A stretch of 59,628 nucleotides of DNA, filler included. It is 6 parts of 6 records of this genome, joined end to end, with 100 filler letters (N's around TTAATTAATTAA, not from the genome) between each part and the next. Parts side by side here need not be neighbours in the genome. Positions count along the whole stretch, not along the records: positions 46,629 to 53,832 come from SRR2962707_2742; positions 53,933 to 59,628 come from SRR2962707_2749; 4 more parts are not named here. The stretch is one strand, 5' to 3'. Numbering within the stretch: position 1 is the first letter of the stretch; every line of letters starts with the position of its first letter. The translations under genes were made by a program, and so were the position numbers. The notes below the pieces were generated by a model. It saw only the letters and a list, made by a program, of their open reading frames with translations. It made no database searches and was not told the origin of the DNA. Shown here piece by piece: positions 52,297 to 59,628 of the stretch.

Positions 52297-52704
52297 TCAA
52301 CGCGTCTCGACCTTGCAAGTTCCGTCGCCGCTGAACCGATTGCTATAGCCGGTCGGGCTTCCGGACAGCACCATCTTCTTGGCCCTTTTCAGATAGGTCG
52401 CCGTGTACAGAAAATTCCGTACAAACTGGCCCCTGTTATTCATCGTAAGAGACCAGACAAAAGTCGTGCGCTTGGCATTGTCGACTGCGACCTTACCTGT
52501 CACCGGGGCGCCGTCATTGTAAAAAAGAATGATGGGGTCGGAGACGGTCACAACGTCTGCACCATCTTCGTGACCGATAAACAGAACATTGGGAATCCAG
52601 CCGCTGTTACCCCTCTCTTTGATCTGGCAGATGTAGATCTGTGCCGCCTCGGCCATCGGCGCGACACAGAGGCAGGCAATCACAGCAATAGGTTTTAACA
52701 ACAT
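52297..52704 (-). CDS. Secreted hypothetical protein
   Basis: AAGGAG RBS; signal peptide; Cys near each end. Confidence 0.65.
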   Translation of the reverse strand: MLLKPIAVIACLCVAPMAEAAQIYICQIKERGNSGWIPNVLFIGHEDGADVVTVSDPIILFYNDGAPVTGKVAVDNAKRTTFVWSLTMNNRGQFVRNFLYTATYLKRAKKMVLSGSPTGYSNRFSGDGTCKVETR

Positions 52705-52867
52705 ACTCTCCTTGGAACGCGCGGTTCTGTGACCGCGCTGTTTTAGCAAACCTAAGAAGATCTATGTCCCTTGAACAGTATTGCCTACAACACGCCACGT
52801 TTCCGTGGCGTCGGCCCCAGATGTGGCGCAGAACGATCCAAGGAAGCAGAGCACCCGGGGGATGGGG

Positions 52868-53434
52868 TCAGAAAATGCCCACTTCGGTCCCCGGGGTCGC
52901 CGCATTGCACAGCAGCGCGTACATATAGGGCGCGACGGACCGGAAACAGATGATCCGCGCGGTCTGTGCATCCTCCAGCCAAACCGCCGCCGCGACCTGT
53001 GCAAACCGTGTGCGACGGATAATGCCGGGCTGGAACGCCGCCGGGGACATGTCCACCGGGGCCAGCTTTGCAATGACGTCGCGCAGGTGCGGCCCGCTCA
53101 GGGCAAAGACCGCCCGCGCGTCGGACACATCCACCGCCAGCGCATGGGCGTCGCCCAGCGCATCGGCAAGCCGTGTCACGGTTCCGCCAGCCTGATCATA
53201 GGGGCACATCAGCAACAATTCGTCCGGCGACATCCAGATCAGCGACATGTCGCCACCCGACACCACCGCGCGCTGGCCGGGCATGGCCAGCCCCGTGGCA
53301 TCGATAACCGCCTGGGCAAACCCGCTGTCGGCATGTTGGCCGCGCAGGGTGATCATCCCCTGCAACCCACAATCCCGCACGTGCACCAGTCCGTCAAAGG
53401 AGGCGCCATTCATGGCGCTGACAGGTTCAGACAT
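52868..53434 (-). CDS. soxG: Sarcosine oxidase gamma subunit
   Basis: GMITLRG, WMSPDELL, VDVSDAR, CFRSVAPY; overlaps the soxA stop. Confidence 0.88.
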   Translation of the reverse strand: MSEPVSAMNGASFDGLVHVRDCGLQGMITLRGQHADSGFAQAVIDATGLAMPGQRAVVSGGDMSLIWMSPDELLLMCPYDQAGGTVTRLADALGDAHALAVDVSDARAVFALSGPHLRDVIAKLAPVDMSPAAFQPGIIRRTRFAQVAAAVWLEDAQTARIICFRSVAPYMYALLCNAATPGTEVGIF

Positions 53435-53832
53435 TCTGTTTCTCCCCGTCCGGGTCAAAGAACACGGCGTTGACGATTTTGGTCGGGATGGTGGTCCCGT
53501 CGAGTTTGGTGAATTCCAGCACCTCGCCCACGCGGTCCGGGCCGTTCAGCACCAGCCCCATGGCGATACCGCGGTTCAGCGTCGGCGATTGATAGGTCGA
53601 TGTAACCCTACCCTGGGTATGGCGCTGCCCGTTCGCATTTGTGCCCGGCGCCACGGCCAGCGCACCGTCAGGCAGGACCGAACCATCCACAGTTTCAAGC
53701 CCGACCAACTGCCAACGGTTGGGGTCGGTCATATGGCTGCGGGCCTGTGCACGTTTGCCGATATAATCGGCCTTTTTCTTGGAAATGGCCCAGCCCAGCC
53801 CCAGATCCTGCGGGATCACGGTGCCGTCGGTT
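53427..53832 (-). CDS. soxA: Sarcosine oxidase alpha subunit, C-terminal fragment
   Basis: TDGTVIPQDLGLGWAISKKKADYIGKR, GRVTSTY.SPTL. Confidence 0.88.
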
Positions 53833-53932
53833 NNNNNNNNNNNNNNNNNNNNNNNNNNNNNNNNNNNNNNNNNNNNTTAATTAATTAANNNNNNNNNNNN
53901 NNNNNNNNNNNNNNNNNNNNNNNNNNNNNNNN
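53833..53932. other. Artificial contig linker
   Basis: 100-nt N/TTAATTAATTAA spacer. Confidence 0.98.
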
Positions 53933-54127
53933 GAGGTAGAACCGCACATCAAATTTCATCCGTGCATCGTCAAATGCGTTAAAGCCACATTCATATGCCG
54001 ACACTTTTTCAGGGTCCGGATTGCGCACCGCGATCACCACGGCTGCCAACATTAAAACAAGGCCAAGACCAATGGCCACAGCCAAGAAAATAAGGATTGG
54101 CAGGTATTCCCGCATCATCTCGTCCAA
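53933..54127 (-). CDS. nuoA: NADH-quinone oxidoreductase subunit A, N-terminal fragment
   Basis: [43 protein letters not shown] start after AAGGAG. Confidence 0.92.
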
Positions 54128-54308
54128 GGGGAAGCTCCTTTTGCGTATGGGGGGCGGCAATGCGCCTTACCTGTCAGGCGGCAAACCCGACTGATTGGGG
54201 TTTACCCCCCCGCTACGTCCGGGTCAACAGAACCTGCGACATTTGAAGCATCCATTTCCCGGCATAATTATGGCGCGATCATGGTCGGCTCAATGAATGT
54301 GCAGCGGT

Positions 54309-55208
54309 CTATTTTCTAACCGGATCAACATAGTCACGCCAGCTATGTTCCGGGGCAAAGCCTAGCATATCGCGGGCCTTATTATTCGCGAAAAATGTCT
54401 CGTTCTCGCCCATCTCACGGGTTTGCGGGACATCTTTATAATACTGCGCGATCAATTCCGCTGTTGTGCGGTCCACCGAATGGTCATCATTCGCGACATT
54501 GAACACCTCATAGCCCAGCCCGTCCGTCTCAAGGCACCGCGCCACCATCTGCCCCAGATCGCGCGCGTCGATGTAGGCGAATATATTGCGGCGACGCTGG
54601 TCGGGGTCATCAATGAAGTCGGGAAAAATACGCGCATATTCATCAGGCTCGATCACGTTGTTGATTCGAAGCCCATAGACATCCGCCCCCGTCCGCGCCT
54701 GAAAACTGCGCGCTGTCGCCTCGTTACAGACCTTGGACATGGCATAGCTGTCATGGGGAACCGTCGGGTGCGCCTCGTCCATGGGAATATACTGCGGCTT
54801 CATCTCTCCGTCGGCAAAACAGATACCATAGGCCGTCTCGGAAGACGCAAAGATCACCTTACGCACCCCGGCCTTGAGCGCGGCATCAATGACATTATAG
54901 GTGCCTATCGTGTTGACGCGGAATGTCTCGTTGTCTGACCGGATCAGAATGCGCGGGATCGCTGCAAAATGTACGACGGCATCGAACGCAGGCATGCCCT
55001 TGCCCGGTTCCAGCTCGGCCAGATTGGCATAGCTTTGCATAACATCGTACATCTGCCCTGCATCCGTGATGTCTGCGATGCGATTATCAACGCCGGGATG
55101 GTCCAGCGGTTCAAGGTCGACGTTCAACACCTGATGGCCTTGGTCGATCAGATAGGGCACCACATGACGCCCCGCCTTGCCGCTGCCGCCTGTAAACAAA
55201 ATCCGCAT
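54309..55208 (-). CDS. NAD-dependent epimerase/dehydratase
   Basis: ILFTGGSGKAG, ASSETAYG, YAMSK (YxxxK). Confidence 0.9.
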   Translation of the reverse strand: MRILFTGGSGKAGRHVVPYLIDQGHQVLNVDLEPLDHPGVDNRIADITDAGQMYDVMQSYANLAELEPGKGMPAFDAVVHFAAIPRILIRSDNETFRVNTIGTYNVIDAALKAGVRKVIFASSETAYGICFADGEMKPQYIPMDEAHPTVPHDSYAMSKVCNEATARSFQARTGADVYGLRINNVIEPDEYARIFPDFIDDPDQRRRNIFAYIDARDLGQMVARCLETDGLGYEVFNVANDDHSVDRTTAELIAQYYKDVPQTREMGENETFFANNKARDMLGFAPEHSWRDYVDPVRK

Positions 55209-55263
55209 GATGTTTCCCTCAATAACCGCGCTTAGGGGCGATCTAACGCAGCACGGGGGGTGG

Positions 55264-56049
55264 TCAACCCTTGGCCCAAGCTGGCTTGCGCTTGTCGAAA
55301 AAGGCACCGATGCCTTCGGCGGCTTCCTCGGTCTCCCATCTTGCGGCTAATGCTGCGATGGTATGTCCGACCACATCCGCATCAATGCGCGGCCCCAGAT
55401 CGCGGGCCAACTGCTTTGCTGCGGCCACAGCGCCGGGCGCACAAGACAGATAGGGCACGACTTCGGCCTCGATCGCGGCATCCAGATCATCTGCCGGAAC
55501 AACCCGCGCCAACAGCTCTAGATCGACCGCCTCTTGTGCCGAAAACAACCGTGCCGACATGAACACCCGGCGCGCGCGCCCCTCGCCCATGCGGGCCAGC
55601 ACATAGGGCCCGATGGTTGCCGGAATGATGCCCAGCCGCGTCTCGGTGAACCCCATCTTGAGGGTATCCACCCCAATCGCCACATCGCAGACGGCCGCCA
55701 TGCCGACCCCACCGCCAAAGGCGTTGCCCTGCACCCGCCCGATCAACGGTTTTGGCAGCGTGTTCAGCGCGCCCAGCATCGCGGCCAGCTTGCCAGCCTC
55801 GGCCGATCGTGTGGCCGCATCCATGTCGCGCTGCGCCTGCATCCACCCCAGATCGCCGCCCGCGCAAAAGCTTTTACCAGCACCGGTCAAAATAACCACC
55901 CGCACGGCATCATCCGCGCCCAGCTGCGCCGCCGCTTGGCTTAGCTCCGCGATCATCTGCGCCGACATCGCGTTGTGCTTGTCCTCGCGTTCAAGCGTCA
56001 GCGTGGCGACCCCCCGCGGGTCCGTCTCGACCCTTATCGTTTCGAACAT
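55264..56049 (-). CDS. liuC: Crotonase family, probable methylglutaconyl-CoA hydratase
   Basis: SFCAGGDLGWM, AFGGGVG, ETRLGIIPATIGPY; operon context. Confidence 0.85.
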   Translation of the reverse strand: MFETIRVETDPRGVATLTLEREDKHNAMSAQMIAELSQAAAQLGADDAVRVVILTGAGKSFCAGGDLGWMQAQRDMDAATRSAEAGKLAAMLGALNTLPKPLIGRVQGNAFGGGVGMAAVCDVAIGVDTLKMGFTETRLGIIPATIGPYVLARMGEGRARRVFMSARLFSAQEAVDLELLARVVPADDLDAAIEAEVVPYLSCAPGAVAAAKQLARDLGPRIDADVVGHTIAALAARWETEEAAEGIGAFFDKRKPAWAKG

Positions 56050-56906
56050 CAACCGTTCCTCATCTGCCGTGCCATCGCGGCCGCTTCCTCGATCAAGGCT
56101 TGATCCAGCCCCGTTTCATACCCCAATGCCATCAGATGCGCATTCACCGCTTCGGTCGCGACATTGCCCGCCGCACCCGGCGCAAAGGGACAGCCGCCAA
56201 GGCCACCCACAGCCGCATCAAACACCCGCACCCCCATGGACAGCGACGCATCGATGTTATCAATTGCCCGCCCGTTGGTGTCGTGGAAATGCCCCGCAAG
56301 CCTGCCCACCGGTACAACATCGCGCACCGCCAGCAGCATCTTTGCAATGCTGTCAGGTGTCCCTGCCCCGATGGTATCGCCCAAAGACACCTCGTAGCAT
56401 CCCATGGCAAACAGCCGGTCGGCCACCGCAGCAACCTGCGCAGGGGCAATCATTCCGTCATAGGGGCACTTGATAACACAAGACACATAGCCCCGAACTG
56501 GCATATCCACATGCCGCGCCTCTTCCAGAATGGGGGCAAACCGTTCAAACGCTTCGTCAATGCTGGCGTTGATGTTCTTCTGGCTGAACCCCTCACTGGC
56601 CGAAGCAAAGATCGCGATTTCATCCGCCTTGGCCGCCACCGCATCCTCATAGCCGCGCATGTTGGGGGTCAACGCCGCATAGCGGACACCCTCGGCGCGT
56701 TTGATCCCGGTCAACACCTCACCCGATCCCGCCATTTGCGGCACCCATTTGGGGCTTACAAAACTCGCCACCTCTATCCGGGAAAACCCCGCGCGGCTTA
56801 GCAGATCGACCAAGGCAACCTTTTCCGCCACCGGAATTTCGCGCGCTTCGTTCTGAAGCCCGTCCCGTGGCCCCACCTCGAATATCTCACAAACGCCCTT
56901 GTCCAT
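56049..56906 (-). CDS. liuE: Hydroxymethylglutaryl-CoA lyase
   Basis: EVGPRDGLQNE, SLGDTIG, HFHDT, GGLGGCPFAPGAAGNVATE. Confidence 0.93.
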   Translation of the reverse strand: MDKGVCEIFEVGPRDGLQNEAREIPVAEKVALVDLLSRAGFSRIEVASFVSPKWVPQMAGSGEVLTGIKRAEGVRYAALTPNMRGYEDAVAAKADEIAIFASASEGFSQKNINASIDEAFERFAPILEEARHVDMPVRGYVSCVIKCPYDGMIAPAQVAAVADRLFAMGCYEVSLGDTIGAGTPDSIAKMLLAVRDVVPVGRLAGHFHDTNGRAIDNIDASLSMGVRVFDAAVGGLGGCPFAPGAAGNVATEAVNAHLMALGYETGLDQALIEEAAAMARQMRNG

Positions 56907-56919
56907 TTCCGTCCCTCCC

Positions 56920-56941
56920 CTTCATTTTGCCAAATAAACTC
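56920..56941. repeat. 22-nt intergenic repeat, copy 1
   Basis: CTTCATTTTGCCAAATAAACTC; one mismatch to 59585-59606. Confidence 0.75.
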
Positions 56942-56959
56942 AAAGTAACGCCATTGGCT

Positions 56960-57613
56960 TCAGACGATCGGCCAAGGCTCAAAGAACGACTGCGCAAACA
57001 AAGGCACCCCTTGGGGCAGTGATTTCTGGAACCCCGCGCGCGCTGAAATGCGCCCGTACCAACCAGCCACCCGTGGATGCGCGTCCAGCTTGGCAAAGTG
57101 TTGCGCCATATAAACCGCTTGCCCCACGCCGATATCCGCCGCCGTAAAACCGCTACTCAACAAATAGTCGCGCCCCTCCAGCCGCGCCTCAATCGCATCA
57201 TAGCATTTCACCACCCTAGCGGCTTCCAGCTTCATTACAATCGGGCTGCGCATGCTGTCTTCACGCAGGGCGATATGCTGTTGGGTCAGTGCCGCGCAAT
57301 GCTGCGACAGGGTTTCGGCGAAATGCATCCAGACCAGCCACGCCATTCGGTCCTTTGATCCGGGCATCCGGCCAAGGTCATCGGGGCTGAACCGCTCGCA
57401 AAGATATTCGCCAATGGCCCCTGTTTCAAACATGGTCTGCCCGTCGATCTCCAGCGATGGTACCCGCCCCGCAGGCGAAATCGCCAGATAACCGGGATCA
57501 CGCAGGGATTTGTCGAACGGATGCACCACCACCTCGAATGGCACGTCCAGTTCATTCAACAGCCACAATGTCCGCATCGAACGGGTCTGTTCCGCATGGT
57601 GCAGCGTGATCAT
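56960..57613 (-). CDS. Glutathione S-transferase family protein
   Basis: RSMRTLWLL, SPAGRVP, FETGAI, FTAADI. Confidence 0.9.
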   Translation of the reverse strand: MITLHHAEQTRSMRTLWLLNELDVPFEVVVHPFDKSLRDPGYLAISPAGRVPSLEIDGQTMFETGAIGEYLCERFSPDDLGRMPGSKDRMAWLVWMHFAETLSQHCAALTQQHIALREDSMRSPIVMKLEAARVVKCYDAIEARLEGRDYLLSSGFTAADIGVGQAVYMAQHFAKLDAHPRVAGWYGRISARAGFQKSLPQGVPLFAQSFFEPWPIV

Positions 57614-59559
57614 GCGGCGGCCTCATCGGCTTCGGGCTCCAGCCGCACCAGCGCCGCCCCTGCTTCGACCTGATCGCCCGCAACGGCCAAAACCTCGGCC
57701 ACGATACCATCGCGCGCGGCCAGCAGGCTATGTTCCATTTTCATCGCTTCAAGCACCGCCAGACGGTCCCCCTTGGCAACGGCCTGCCCCACGACAGCAT
57801 CAACGCTGCGCACCAGTCCGGGCATAGGCGCTTCGACCAGGTTGCCATCGCCATGGCCACCGGCGGCACGGGCCAACGGATCGATCACATCAAAGACCAG
57901 CCCATAGCCGTCAAATACCGTGACCTGGCCGTCATGCACCGCGACAGCCTCCGCGATTTGTCCGCCCACTTGCCAGCCGCTGCCGACACGTTGTGCTGTG
58001 ATCTCGGTCCCGTCCACTTGCCAAAGCTGCTGGCTTGGCGACAATACCTGCACTTTCAACAGATGATCCTCGCCCGCCCAGCTCAGACCGACCTGACGCA
58101 ACAACGGTTGCCACAAGGTGAAGCCCGCATCCCCCGCCGGTTCCAGCAGACCCAAAGCGGCCATGCCTGCCAGCGCCGCGTGACGCGGCTGCACATCGGG
58201 CGCGACGGTCAGGCTGTCGATCTCACGGCCGATCAGCCCCGTATCCACATCGCCCACGCCGAACCCCTGATGCCCCGCAAGCGCGCCCAGAAACGCTAGG
58301 TTGGTGACGGTGCCGCCAACTTCGCACTGCTTCAACGCCGACCGCAGCTTGGACAGGGCGATTTCCCGCGTCGGTCCATGCACAATGATCTTGGCAATCA
58401 TCGGATCGTAGAACGGGCTGATTGTATCGCCCGCCCGCACACCGCTATCGGCACGGCACCCTTGCTGGAACGCCAGATGGGTCAAGGTGCCAGTCGCGGG
58501 CAGGAACCCTTTTGGCACGTCCTCGGCATACAGTCGCGCCTCGAAGGCGTGACCGTCGATGGTCAACTCCTCTTGCCGCTTGGGCAGGCTTTCCCCCGCC
58601 GCGACGCGCAATTGCCATTCGACCAGATCAACGCCGGTAATCGCCTCGGTCACAGGGTGTTCGACCTGAAGCCGCGTGTTCATCTCCATAAAGAAGAACC
58701 CGTCGGGGCGCAGCCCGTCCGATCCGTCCACGATAAATTCGATGGTGCCCGCACCAGCATAGCCGATCGCCTCGGCTGCCGTGACCGCCGCCTGCCCCAT
58801 GGCCGCGCGCATATCATCGGTCATGCCGGGGGCTGGCGCTTCCTCGATCACCTTTTGGTGGCGCCGTTGCAGCGAACAATCGCGCTCGAACAGATGCACG
58901 GCGCTTGTGCCATCCCCGAACACCTGCACCTCGATATGGCGCGGCTTGGTTACGAATTTTTCCACCAGCACATCGGCATTGCCAAAGGCGGTTTTAGCCT
59001 CGGACCGCGCACTGTCCAGCGCCGCCTGAAAACCATCAGCCGTCTCGACCAGACGCATACCCTTGCCACCGCCGCCCGCAACGGCCTTGATCAGCACCGG
59101 ATAGCCGATCTTGCCCGCCTCGGCCGCCAGCAACGCGTCATCCTGATCCGCCCCGTGATAGCCGGGCACAACGGGAACACCTGCCTTTATCATCAATGCC
59201 TTAGCGGCGTCTTTTAAGCCCATCGCGCGGATCGCCTTGGCGGAGGGTCCGATAAACACCAGCCCCGCCGCCTCGACCGCATCAACAAAATCCGGGTTCT
59301 CGGACAGAAAGCCGTAGCCGGGATGGATCGCCTGCGCGCCTGTATCCAAGGCGGCCTGAATGATCACATCACCGCGCAGATAGCTGTCAGCCGGGGCCGA
59401 TCCGCCAATATGCACGGCCACATCCGCCATCGCGACATGCTTCGCACCTCGGTCTGCATCCGAATAAACCGCCACGCAGCGCACGCCCATGGCTTGGGCC
59501 GTTTCCATCACCCGGCAAGCAATTTCGCCCCGGTTTGCAATCAGGATCGTGTCAAACAT
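57610..59559 (-). CDS. liuD: 3-methylcrotonyl-CoA carboxylase alpha subunit (biotin carboxylase + BCCP)
   Basis: ILIANRGEIA, GGGGKGMR, ERDCSLQRRHQK, EMNTRLQVEHPV, biotin site EAMKM; upstream of HMG-CoA lyase. Confidence 0.9.
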   Translation of the reverse strand: MFDTILIANRGEIACRVMETAQAMGVRCVAVYSDADRGAKHVAMADVAVHIGGSAPADSYLRGDVIIQAALDTGAQAIHPGYGFLSENPDFVDAVEAAGLVFIGPSAKAIRAMGLKDAAKALMIKAGVPVVPGYHGADQDDALLAAEAGKIGYPVLIKAVAGGGGKGMRLVETADGFQAALDSARSEAKTAFGNADVLVEKFVTKPRHIEVQVFGDGTSAVHLFERDCSLQRRHQKVIEEAPAPGMTDDMRAAMGQAAVTAAEAIGYAGAGTIEFIVDGSDGLRPDGFFFMEMNTRLQVEHPVTEAITGVDLVEWQLRVAAGESLPKRQEELTIDGHAFEARLYAEDVPKGFLPATGTLTHLAFQQGCRADSGVRAGDTISPFYDPMIAKIIVHGPTREIALSKLRSALKQCEVGGTVTNLAFLGALAGHQGFGVGDVDTGLIGREIDSLTVAPDVQPRHAALAGMAALGLLEPAGDAGFTLWQPLLRQVGLSWAGEDHLLKVQVLSPSQQLWQVDGTEITAQRVGSGWQVGGQIAEAVAVHDGQVTVFDGYGLVFDVIDPLARAAGGHGDGNLVEAPMPGLVRSVDAVVGQAVAKGDRLAVLEAMKMEHSLLAARDGIVAEVLAVAGDQVEAGAALVRLEPEADEAAA

Positions 59560-59584
59560 GCGCCTCTCCTTCGGTCCGTTCTAT

Positions 59585-59628
59585 CTTCATTTTGCCAAGT
59601 AAACTCCGGGGGTTTGGGGGCTGGCCCC
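59585..59628. repeat. Intergenic repeat, copy 2, at the end of the window
   Basis: CTTCATTTTGCCAAGTAAACTC followed by CGGGGGTTTGGGGGCTGGCCCC. Confidence 0.75.

Noticed and set aside
56960-57613. GST embedded in the leucine catabolic operon
   Set aside because: To my knowledge a common arrangement in this group; no evidence of novelty

Overview
This window is not one locus. It holds six unrelated contigs joined by five artificial 100-nt N/TTAATTAATTAA linkers, so it looks like a mixed-community assembly, plausibly a marine protist culture with its bacteria. Taxonomic labels below are inferred from protein style and gene content, not from searches. (1) 1-6821: eukaryotic contig with two convergent intron-containing genes. 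One is a secretory prolyl 4-hydroxylase with two ubiquitin-like repeats and a C-terminal VHL-beta-like domain; the other is a CLC-6/7-type Cl-/H+ antiporter. (2) 6922-18984: Alcanivorax-like gammaproteobacterium with a CBS protein, a membrane P-loop ATPase coupled to MscS, AraC, a NylB-like hydrolase, a Prx5-Grx hybrid with an OxyR box, and RND efflux genes. (3) 19085-39492: Parvibaculum-like alphaproteobacterium with three TauD dioxygenases, a GH5 glycolipid hydrolase, serine hydrolases, two nitronate monooxygenase-like genes, several regulators and a candidate ~345-nt structured sRNA. (4) 39593-46528: Devosia-like contig. (5) 46629-53832 and (6) 53933-59628: Rhodobacteraceae-like contigs (SOD, sarcosine oxidase, an EcfG-promoter baeRF12 operon; leucine catabolism genes and nuoA). 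The most notable observations are the P4H-VHL writer/reader fusion, the ATPase-MscS pair and the multi-hairpin C-rich-loop sRNA. All calls come from reading the sequence; no database search was run.
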